DNA of 22,868 bases. It comes from a virus. Taxonomy: Duplodnaviria > Heunggongvirae > Uroviricota > Caudoviricetes. A program made the position numbers and the translations under genes. Under the pieces are notes generated by a model. That model was not told where the DNA came from, made no database searches, and saw nothing but the letters and a program-made list of their open reading frames with translations. How positions within the stretch are numbered: position 1 is the stretch's first letter; each line of letters starts with the position of its first letter. Positions 17,059-22,868 of the stretch are shown here, piece by piece. The DNA lies in IMG/VR virus record IMGVR_UViG_3300007177_000114; one strand, given 5' to 3'.

Positions 17059-17930
17059 TTCTTGCAGCAAGTCACAATGGCACGCTTCATCCAGTTGGAG
17101 TCGCTCTTACGGCGAAGAGCACCAATCTTAAGAGCCATGCGCAGGGAAAGCTCACGAAGACGACCGGCGTTCTTCTCGATGAAGGTCACCACATCAGCCT
17201 GGGCATCATCGCTAAGACCGATGTTCCGCAGCAGACCCTGGCGAACCACCTGACGGATACGGATGAGATAGTCACGCTGGGTCTTCATTGCCAGGTCGAT
17301 ATAGTGAGCTCGGGATACCAGAGCCGAGAGGTGTGGGGCAAGCTTGGAGCCGCGGTCGATCATGGCATCGAAGTCGTAGTTCGTGATGAAGATCACAGTG
17401 CCCTGGAACTCGAAGCTCTTAGGCAGACGCTCGGCCGATTCCTCGTCGATCAGCGTGCCCTCAGTCATATACGAAATGATACGCTTGTCGTTGGTGTCAA
17501 GCGCCGCCTTGAGAAGGGTGATAGCAGTCTCGTCAAGGAACACATCGTCAGCATCGTCAAACACCAGAACGGAGCCGGGAGTACGGTGCTGATAGAGCAG
17601 CTTGAAAAGCGCCGGGGCCTTAACGTAACCCTTGACGATACGGTGAGACGTAGAGTTCGGGTCCCAGGACTCGAGTGCCTTCTCGACCGTGAAACTCTTG
17701 CCGAGACCGGCCGGACCAGACACGATCAGCGCACGAACATCACCGTCGATGGCAGCGTTGGCCATATCAGACAGGATTTCAAAACGGTCCGAGAGCTTCT
17801 GCTCAATCTCTTCGTCCGTCTCGACCACCACAGGCTCCACAGCCTGTGCAACGTTCATGATCTTGGTCACCTTATCGGTCTTGGAAACTCGGGGCTTGCG
17901 ATAGCCATTGCGGGGAACGCCACGGGGCAT
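17055..17930 (-). CDS. P-loop (AAA+-like) ATPase
   Basis: Walker A GPAGLGKS, Walker B VLVFDDAD, sensor-like FITN; AAAGGA SD; GC-rich codons. Confidence 0.85.
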   Translation of the reverse strand: MPRGVPRNGYRKPRVSKTDKVTKIMNVAQAVEPVVVETDEEIEQKLSDRFEILSDMANAAIDGDVRALIVSGPAGLGKSFTVEKALESWDPNSTSHRIVKGYVKAPALFKLLYQHRTPGSVLVFDDADDVFLDETAITLLKAALDTNDKRIISYMTEGTLIDEESAERLPKSFEFQGTVIFITNYDFDAMIDRGSKLAPHLSALVSRAHYIDLAMKTQRDYLIRIRQVVRQGLLRNIGLSDDAQADVVTFIEKNAGRLRELSLRMALKIGALRRKSDSNWMKRAIVTCCKN

Positions 17931-17957
17931 GTCAGTGTCCTTTAAGTTTGTATTTTG

Positions 17958-17986
17958 AACTTAACTCAAGCTTGGATTAAAGTCAA
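17958..17986 (-). promoter_or_regulatory. early promoter for the ATPase
   Basis: GG-TTGACT-TTAATC family, 17 nt, TAAGTT. Confidence 0.6.
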
Positions 17987-17989
17987 CCC

Positions 17990-18115
17990 TTAATCTTCAA
18001 GAGAGTTAAGATATTCTTCGTATTCAGCAAGATCAGCAGCCGTCGGCTCGTAGGCTTCCTCGCAGGAGACCTCGGCGTCAAAGTCATCGAAGGGGTTTGT
18101 GTTGTCATTCATCAT
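17990..18115 (-). CDS. 41-aa very acidic peptide (not in ORF track)
   Basis: MMNDNTNPFDDFDAEVSCEEAYEPTAADLAEYEEYLNSLED: 14 D/E, no K/R/H; own promoter; GC-rich codons like neighbouring early genes. Confidence 0.65.
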   Translation of the reverse strand: MMNDNTNPFDDFDAEVSCEEAYEPTAADLAEYEEYLNSLED

Positions 18116-18121
18116 AGTGTC

Positions 18122-18150
18122 TTTATACCACCTGGTTGGATTAAAGTCAA
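18122..18150 (-). promoter_or_regulatory. leftward early promoter
   Basis: TTGACT, 17 nt, TATAAA on the - strand; inverted copy of the rightward promoter. Confidence 0.8.
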
Positions 18151-18158
18151 CCATGACA

Positions 18159-18521
18159 AATCAATGGGTTAGCCTAATGACCATCTTAACCCATTGAAAA
18201 GATTATAAAAATTTTTTTGAACTTTTTTTGCACCGACTTAGCAATCAGACACATATAGATGCTGCTAGGACGATAAAACCTAATCTTTTCAATGGGTTAG
18301 CTGCTAACAAAAAGTCAATGATATCAATGGGTTAGGTGCTCACATCGTTTTTCGGCAGTCTAAGCCACCCTAGATGGGTTTATCATACCGCCTGGGCCGT
18401 CAAGATCAAAGCTAGCCGGGATCTTGGCTAAGTGGTTGATAAGATTGTATAAAAAATTTTTGTAGTTTTTTTGAAAAAATTTTGCTAATCTTATCAACCA
18501 CTTAGCGCTAACCTATTGATT
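18159..18521. repeat. non-coding array of 7 IHF-consensus sites in nested inverted repeats with A/T tracts
   Basis: WATCAANNNNTTR perfect at 18159(+), 18322(+), 18429(-), 18492(+), 18509(-); one mismatch at 18187(-), 18287(+); perfect IRs 18187-18205/18281-18299 (19 bp) and 18427-18446/18487-18506 (20 bp). Confidence 0.75.
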
Positions 18522-18529
18522 TCCTTGGG

Positions 18530-18558
18530 TTGACTTTTAAACCAGGTTGCGGTATAAA
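18530..18558 (+). promoter_or_regulatory. rightward early promoter
   Basis: TTGACT, 17 nt, TATAAA. Confidence 0.8.
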
Positions 18559-18583
18559 GACACTATGATGAATGAGGTACAAA

Positions 18584-18934
18584 ATGTCTGATTATATTCC
18601 GATTGGTTATATTCAGGTCGACTCTGATAAAGTCATCGCTGCGTGTGATGATTATCTTGAGTGGGTCGACCAGAGATATACTGAAGCAAAGAACGAATAT
18701 ATCGAAAGTATTATTAAAACTAAGCACGGCTTTCTTTGGAATAAGCGCTTCTATACCCGTGAAGAAGCTGAACATATGTGGAAAAACGGCACCGGTGATT
18801 ATCTGTATTCACCGCATCAGCTGCAGACACTTAGGGGAGCAATTACGACCCAACAAGTTAAGGAGCTTCGTATCCTGGCTCTCAACTCTGACAAGGTTAT
18901 CGTGAGTAACAAAATGTCATTCCTTTTTGACTGA
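18584..18934 (+). CDS. hypothetical protein
   Basis: GAGGT SD favours MSDYIP (18584) as start. Confidence 0.7.
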   Translation: MSDYIPIGYIQVDSDKVIAACDDYLEWVDQRYTEAKNEYIESIIKTKHGFLWNKRFYTREEAEHMWKNGTGDYLYSPHQLQTLRGAITTQQVKELRILALNSDKVIVSNKMSFLFD

Positions 18935-18942
18935 TTTTTTGG

Positions 18943-18971
18943 TTGACTTTAATTTCAGATTAGGTTATTGG
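18943..18971 (+). promoter_or_regulatory. possible early promoter
   Basis: GG-TTGACT-TTAAT family -35; weak -10 (TATTGG). Confidence 0.4.
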
Positions 18972-18995
18972 TTTAGTTATAACAAGGAGCTTACC

Positions 18996-19169
18996 ATGAA
19001 CGTTTCCACCGTCCTCTCCCGCATGCACGCCTTTGCCCGTACGACCAAGGATGACGTCGCCTCGAATGAGGTGGCTCGTGTTGCCGATCGTCTGGCCCAT
19101 CAGGGCCCGTTCGAAGCACCGCTGACCGATGCCGAGATTGCTGTTATCTCTCGGTTCGTGTATGCATAA
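18996..19169 (+). CDS. 57-aa hypothetical protein
   Basis: AAGGAG SD before MNVSTVLSR; GC-rich codons begin exactly there. Confidence 0.7.
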   Translation: MNVSTVLSRMHAFARTTKDDVASNEVARVADRLAHQGPFEAPLTDAEIAVISRFVYA

Positions 19170-19174
19170 ACCTA

Positions 19175-19202
19175 TTGACATTTATACTCAACCTGGTATA
19201 AT
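19175..19202 (+). promoter_or_regulatory. early promoter sharing its -10/leader with the primase promoter
   Basis: TTGACA, 16 nt ending TGG, TATAAT; 19195-19225 is 29/31 identical to 63-93. Confidence 0.8.
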
Positions 19203-19235
19203 GGTTAGTGACCAAATAATGATGGTATAGGTAAT

Positions 19236-19418
19236 ATGTATCTAGTAAGTTTTACTAACTTTGGTTATACCAAAGACTTTGCTACCAAGGAACAGGCTCA
19301 AATCTATATGGAAAGGGCATGCTTAGAGTCTGTTCTTATGACTACGAAGGGTGAAATCCTTGGTGGATTCTCTCCCATCTCTGGATCACAAAAAATGGTT
19401 GACTTTAATCTCGACTAG
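19236..19418 (+). CDS. 60-aa hypothetical protein
   Basis: ORF directly behind the promoter, AGGT SD. Confidence 0.6.
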   Translation: MYLVSFTNFGYTKDFATKEQAQIYMERACLESVLMTTKGEILGGFSPISGSQKMVDFNLD

Positions 19419-19426
19419 GTTATAAT
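19399..19426 (+). promoter_or_regulatory. early promoter for DUF932
   Basis: GG-TTGACT-TTAATC, 16 nt, TATAAT. Confidence 0.75.
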
Positions 19427-19458
19427 CCTACTATCATAACAAATCAGGAGACTTAAAA

Positions 19459-20412
19459 GTGGCTCACAATATCGAAATGATCAACGGCAAGGCTCAGATG
19501 GCATATGTCGGCGAGACTCCCTGGCATGGTCTGGGTGTTTCTGTTCCTGCTGATCTGACTCCCGAACAGATGCTCGAGGCGGCCGGTCTCAACTGGGAAG
19601 TGGAGAAGATCAAGGCATATGCCAAGGTCGGTGGCAAGAATGTCGATGTTGGCCGTTCTGCTCTTGTCCGCAAGATGGACAATAAGATTCTAGATATCGT
19701 CTCGAACGATTGGAATCCGGTGCAGAATACCGAAGCGTTTGAATTCTTCAACGACTTCATTGCCGAGGGTGACATGGAGATGCATACAGCCGGTTCTCTG
19801 GCTGATGGTCAGATTGTCTGGGCCCTGGCCAAGATCAAGGATGGGTTTGATCTGTTTGGTGGCGATGAAGTGGAATCGTATCTCCACTTTACCAACTTCC
19901 ACAAGTATGGTTTCTCCACTGACGTGCGGTTCACTCCGATCCGTGTGGTCTGCAACAACACGCTGACTCTATCCCTTAACACCAAGGTCGAGCGCTTTGT
20001 TAAGATTAGTCACCGTCGTGAGTTCAACGGTGACAATGTCAAGCTAATGCTTGACATCGCCCAGGAGAAGCTTGCCAAGTACAAGGAAATGGCTGCGTTC
20101 CTTGGTACCAAGCGCTACACCGACGAGAATATGGTCGACTACTTCAAGCGTGTGTTCCCTGTCTCTGGTGGACCGGATGCTAAGAAGGAACTTAGCAAGA
20201 ACGCTAAGGTTGCTCTGTCCGTAGTTGATACTCAGCCTGGTGCAGACTTTGCTCGTGGCACTTTCTGGCAGCTGTTCAACACGGTGACCTACACCGCCGA
20301 CCATCTGATGGGTCGCACCCAGGACTCTCGTCTGACGTCTGCTTGGTACGGCAACGGCCGTAATATGAAGACCAAGGCGCTTGAGACTGCCATCGAAATG
20401 GCAAACGCTTAA
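19459..20412 (+). CDS. DUF932 (TIGR03299-like) phage/plasmid protein
   Basis: MAY.GETPWHGLG, VQNTEAFEFF, TAGSL..G..VWALA, TPIRVVCNNTL, GT.W..FN.VT; AGGAG SD, GTG start. Confidence 0.88.
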   Translation: MAHNIEMINGKAQMAYVGETPWHGLGVSVPADLTPEQMLEAAGLNWEVEKIKAYAKVGGKNVDVGRSALVRKMDNKILDIVSNDWNPVQNTEAFEFFNDFIAEGDMEMHTAGSLADGQIVWALAKIKDGFDLFGGDEVESYLHFTNFHKYGFSTDVRFTPIRVVCNNTLTLSLNTKVERFVKISHRREFNGDNVKLMLDIAQEKLAKYKEMAAFLGTKRYTDENMVDYFKRVFPVSGGPDAKKELSKNAKVALSVVDTQPGADFARGTFWQLFNTVTYTADHLMGRTQDSRLTSAWYGNGRNMKTKALETAIEMANA

Positions 20413-20421
20413 AAATAACGG

Positions 20422-20449
20422 TTGACAAACTCCTAGATTGATATATAAC
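20422..20449 (+). promoter_or_regulatory. early promoter for the DUF6745 pair
   Basis: GG-TTGACA, 16 nt, TATAAC. Confidence 0.6.
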
Positions 20450-20480
20450 TAATCTATCAAATAACAGAAAGGACTTAACA

Positions 20481-20834
20481 ATGAAGACTTTTACTAAGAT
20501 GGCTGCTCAGGGTGACTTCATTATCCTGCGTATCCCTTCCATTCCTGCCAATGTGGAACGTGTCCGGCCAGACAATAGTGGCCATATTGTGGTTGCTCAT
20601 TCTGAAACTGGCCATGATCACGTGATGGTTGCCGATCGTGTTGAGGCTTATAAGCCAGCTGGTGTAAAGGAGGCTGATCTCTACGAGCTTTTCCTTTCCG
20701 TCTCTGCGCCTACTGAGATCAACCACCTTCGTACCTTTGATACTCATGAAACTCTGCTTGTCCCACCTGGTGATTATATGGTACGACGTCAGCGTGAATA
20801 TGTTGCCGAGGGATTCCGTCGAGCTCAGGACTAA
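20481..20834 (+). CDS. His-motif protein of the type usually adjacent to DUF6745 genes
   Basis: AQGD, VAHSETGHDH, H..TFDTH, PPGDY.VRRQREY; AAAGGA SD. Confidence 0.75.
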   Translation: MKTFTKMAAQGDFIILRIPSIPANVERVRPDNSGHIVVAHSETGHDHVMVADRVEAYKPAGVKEADLYELFLSVSAPTEINHLRTFDTHETLLVPPGDYMVRRQREYVAEGFRRAQD

Positions 20835-20894
20835 GAGCTCAGAGCTAAAGTTTAGCTAAACTCAAGTTTATCACATAGTAAAGGTAGTTATATT

Positions 20895-21740
20895 ATGAAG
20901 AAGATCGACAAGCTGACTCCGGAACAAGAAGCTCAGCTCGAGGTTTATCGTGACAAGTGGATCAAGATCGGACTCTCCACCGAGCGTGTAGATCATGATG
21001 CGGCACGTGCAGCCGTAGAACTTCTCTATAAGTGTGGTGGACTTGAGCCGCCCAAGATGATTCTATTTGCTAACGGACCCAAGCATGCCAAGAAGCTTCT
21101 TGGTGATCGGTCAGTGATAGAGAGTTGTGTGTATGGTTCTCATGAGGCTGCTTGGCTTAGCTTCTATGACTATATGCAAAATGTTCTTGGTATTGACTTC
21201 GGTGGTAAGCTTGATGGCCTCTGGGCTGTTGCAAAGAATTGTGGTTGGGTATCCTGCTACGATACACTAGCCATTATCCAGGATCGTCCTCTACACATCA
21301 AGATGGATGAGGACAATCGACTGCACTGCGAGAATGGTCCTGCCATTCTCTATGATGATGGGTTTGCGGTCTATGCTTGGCATGGTGTTCGCATCCCCGG
21401 TGAGTGGATCACAAACAAGAGCTCCCTGACTCCTCAGATTGCTCTTACCTGGGAAAACATGGAACAGCGCCGGGCCGCTTGTGAAATCCTAGGTTGGGTT
21501 CACATCCTCAACAAACTTAATGCCAAAGTGCTGGATACCGATCCAGATCCTCAGATCGGCACCCTTGTTGAGGTTGATATTCCGGAGATTGGTAAGGAGC
21601 GCTTCATCCGTGTTCTGTGTGGAACAGGCCGTGAGTTTGCTATCCCGGTGCCACCTAATATGAAGACGGCTCTGGAAGCAAATGCTTGGACATATGACAT
21701 TGACCCTGACCTTCTCAAAACTCTGGAAGTCCGGACTTAG
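20895..21740 (+). CDS. DUF6745-like protein lacking an internal tetrapeptide repeat
   Basis: KIDKLTPEQEA...WIKIGLST; YGSHEAAWLSFYDY; CGW; RLHCENGPAI...DGFAVYAWHGVRIP; EQRRAACEILGW. Confidence 0.75.
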   Translation: MKKIDKLTPEQEAQLEVYRDKWIKIGLSTERVDHDAARAAVELLYKCGGLEPPKMILFANGPKHAKKLLGDRSVIESCVYGSHEAAWLSFYDYMQNVLGIDFGGKLDGLWAVAKNCGWVSCYDTLAIIQDRPLHIKMDEDNRLHCENGPAILYDDGFAVYAWHGVRIPGEWITNKSSLTPQIALTWENMEQRRAACEILGWVHILNKLNAKVLDTDPDPQIGTLVEVDIPEIGKERFIRVLCGTGREFAIPVPPNMKTALEANAWTYDIDPDLLKTLEVRT

Positions 21741-21756
21741 TTCCGGACTTTTTTTT
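21727..21756 (+). terminator. intrinsic terminator
   Basis: 9-bp stem AAGTCCGGA/TCCGGACTT, 6-nt loop, T8 run. Confidence 0.85.
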
Positions 21757-21778
21757 CTTTAATTAAGAAAATAGTATA

Positions 21779-21952
21779 ATGTTTTCTGTTGTTATTAAAC
21801 AAATTCGAAATATGCCTTGGGGTCAAATTTCTGATCAAACTCTAGCTCAAGTAGATGATCAAAGTAGAGATCAGATTTGGAAACAAGTCCGAGATCAAAT
21901 TCCAACTCAAGTCTTGGAGCAAACTCTAATTGAGTTTTTTAGTCAAAGATAA
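21779..21952 (+). CDS. Q-repeat mini-gene 1 (57 aa, degenerate; not in ORF track)
   Basis: MFSVVIKQIRNMPWGQISDQTLAQVDDQSRDQIWKQVRDQIPTQVLEQTL...; Q every 4th residue. Confidence 0.6.
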   Translation: MFSVVIKQIRNMPWGQISDQTLAQVDDQSRDQIWKQVRDQIPTQVLEQTLIEFFSQR

Positions 21953-21961
21953 GATAAATCC

Positions 21962-22192
21962 ATGAACGTAGTCAATCAACTTAAGGCCCAAGTCAATAGT
22001 CAAAATATAACTAAAGTTCTGGATCAAGTTCGAGATCAAATTTTAGATCAAATTTTGCCTCGTATGTGGGGTAAAGTTGATATTAAAGTCGTGGCTTGCA
22101 TATGGGACCAAATTGATGATCAAATTATGCCTCAAATTTTAAATCAATCATGGGATCAAATTCAGATACAAGTTTCGGAAGAAAATCTATGA
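21962..22192 (+). CDS. Q-repeat mini-gene 2 (76 aa)
   Basis: DQVRDQILDQIL...WDQIDDQIMPQILNQSWDQ; ends VSEENL-stop with ATGA overlap. Confidence 0.7.
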   Translation: MNVVNQLKAQVNSQNITKVLDQVRDQILDQILPRMWGKVDIKVVACIWDQIDDQIMPQILNQSWDQIQIQVSEENL

Positions 22193-22440
22193 ACTTAAAA
22201 AATAAAGTATTTCATGAAATACATACCAAGATATTTGATTATGTCTTTAAGAAAGAATTCAATATTATTGAATTACACTTGTGGCACAAGATGTATAATC
22301 AAGTCACTCGTCAAATTGATGATTTAATAACAGATCATGTACACGATTTTATTGCATCGCAATTTATTGCATCGCAATTTTTACACTTAGAATATGATAC
22401 CGAACTAGTCTCCGGAGAGAAAAGCTATGAGAGTAGTTAG
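22189..22440 (+). CDS. Q-repeat mini-gene 3 (83 aa, most degenerate)
   Basis: starts in the ATGA overlap (MNLKNK); YNQVTRQIDD; exact 15-nt duplication 22348-22377; terminal motif out of frame. Confidence 0.55.
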   Translation: MNLKNKVFHEIHTKIFDYVFKKEFNIIELHLWHKMYNQVTRQIDDLITDHVHDFIASQFIASQFLHLEYDTELVSGEKSYESS

Positions 22441-22609
22441 TCAAATTCAACATAGTACTTTGAATAATGTTAAAAATCAACTTTATGGTCAAATCTGGAA
22501 TCAAGCCTGGGATCAAGTCCATAATCAAATCTGGATTCAAATCTGGAATCAAGTCCTGGATCAAGTCCTGGATCAAGTCCATGATCAAGTCTGGGAGGAA
22601 AAGCTATGA
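22427..22609 (+). CDS. Q-repeat mini-gene 4 (60 aa)
   Basis: QIWNQAWDQVHNQIWIQIWNQVLDQVLDQVHDQVWEEKL; GGAG SD. Confidence 0.72.
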   Translation: MRVVSQIQHSTLNNVKNQLYGQIWNQAWDQVHNQIWIQIWNQVLDQVLDQVHDQVWEEKL

Positions 22610-22836
22610 ACACTAGTGTCCAAGTCTGGAATCAAGTCCTGAATCAAGTCTGGAATCAAGTCCATAATCAAATCTGGAATCAAGTCCGTAGTCAAGTCTG
22701 GGTTCAAATCTGGAATCAAGTCCGTAGTCAAGTCCAGGATCAAGTCCAGGATCAAGTCCGTAGTCAAGTCTGGGTTCAAATCTGGAATCAAGTCCGTAGT
22801 CAAGTCAGGGATCAAGTCTGGGAGGAAAAGCTGTGA
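22606..22836 (+). CDS. Q-repeat mini-gene 5 (76 aa)
   Basis: near-pure Q-[VI]-x-x repeat; GGAGG SD 7 nt before ATG; ends VWEEKL. Confidence 0.72.
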   Translation: MNTSVQVWNQVLNQVWNQVHNQIWNQVRSQVWVQIWNQVRSQVQDQVQDQVRSQVWVQIWNQVRSQVRDQVWEEKL

Positions 22837-22868
22837 TCACTAGTGTTCAAGTCTGGAATCAAGTCCGG
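22833..22868 (+). CDS. Q-repeat mini-gene 6 (partial, runs off the window)
   Basis: GTGA overlap and GGAGG SD; (M)ITSVQVWNQVR... Confidence 0.65.
   Translation, partial: MITSVQVWNQVR

Larger units (their letters stand above)
22484..22868 (+). repeat. 12-nt period tandem repeat (CAAGTC/CAAATC + variable 6 nt) with higher-order duplications
   Basis: exact repeat 22681-22734 = 22753-22806; unit junctions 22583-22639 and 22810-22866 are 54/57 identical. Confidence 0.9.

Noticed and set aside
16989-17945. 318-aa + strand ORF and smaller ORFs overlapping the ATPase
   Set aside because: Shadow frames of a GC-rich gene with biased codons; no recognisable motifs, whereas the - strand has Walker motifs, SD and promoter.
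18153-18527. tRNA or structured ncRNA in the intergenic hub
   Set aside because: No cloverleaf or T-loop motif; no promoter points into it (both face outward); the symmetry is better explained by DNA-binding sites.
19494-20747. ORFs nested in or antisense to DUF932 and the partner gene
   Set aside because: Shadow ORFs of GC-rich coding sequence.
22364-22815. Antisense PDL/DLI-repeat ORFs (22364-22588, 22585-22815; also 16834-17034)
   Set aside because: Stop-free antisense frames follow automatically from the 12-nt repeat; SD and stop-start coupling are on the QVWD strand only.
22484-22868. CRISPR array
   Set aside because: The period is only 12 nt with no unique 25-40 nt spacers, no cas genes are present, and the repeats are in-frame coding units with SD sequences.
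20895-22868. DGR or cassette-switching (shufflon) system feeding repeats into the DUF6745 gene
   Set aside because: No reverse transcriptase or recombinase in the window, no adenine-specific TR/VR pair, and no visible homology between the mini-genes and the DUF6745 gene to guide recombination.
22490-22868. High density of GANTC (CcrM) and GATC sites in the repeats as a methylation sink
   Set aside because: Explained by Trp-Asn-Gln / Asp-Gln codons; these sites also occur elsewhere in the window, and the host is not established.

Overview
A 22.9-kb segment of a large T4-like (myovirus-type) phage genome. No tRNA, rRNA or CRISPR array was seen. Positions 1-16.3 kb are AT-rich, + strand replication and nucleotide-metabolism genes: gp61 primase, thyX, nrdA, nrdB, glutaredoxin, AdoMetDC, a glycosyltransferase, RNase H, phoH and an exonuclease. 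nrdA is fractured at its catalytic cysteine by a naturally split intein, with a free-standing GIY-YIG endonuclease between the halves; a T4-type late promoter and an RBS-hiding hairpin sit in front of the endonuclease. Positions 16.3-22.9 kb are a divergent early region with many GGTTGAC...TATAAT-type sigma70 promoters and visibly GC-richer genes (AAA ATPase, DUF932, a DUF6745-like gene and its partner). It is centred on a ~375-bp non-coding element with 7 IHF-consensus sites in nested inverted repeats. Both arms of the early region run into a family of short Q-[VI]-x-x tetrapeptide-repeat mini-genes, mostly translationally coupled: at least 6 in tandem at the right edge, plus one and a 13-codon remnant on the left arm. 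They resemble a free-standing, expanding version of the repeat normally found inside DUF6745 proteins, which the adjacent DUF6745-like gene lacks. Family names come from motif recognition only, with no database search. An alphaproteobacterial host is an inference.
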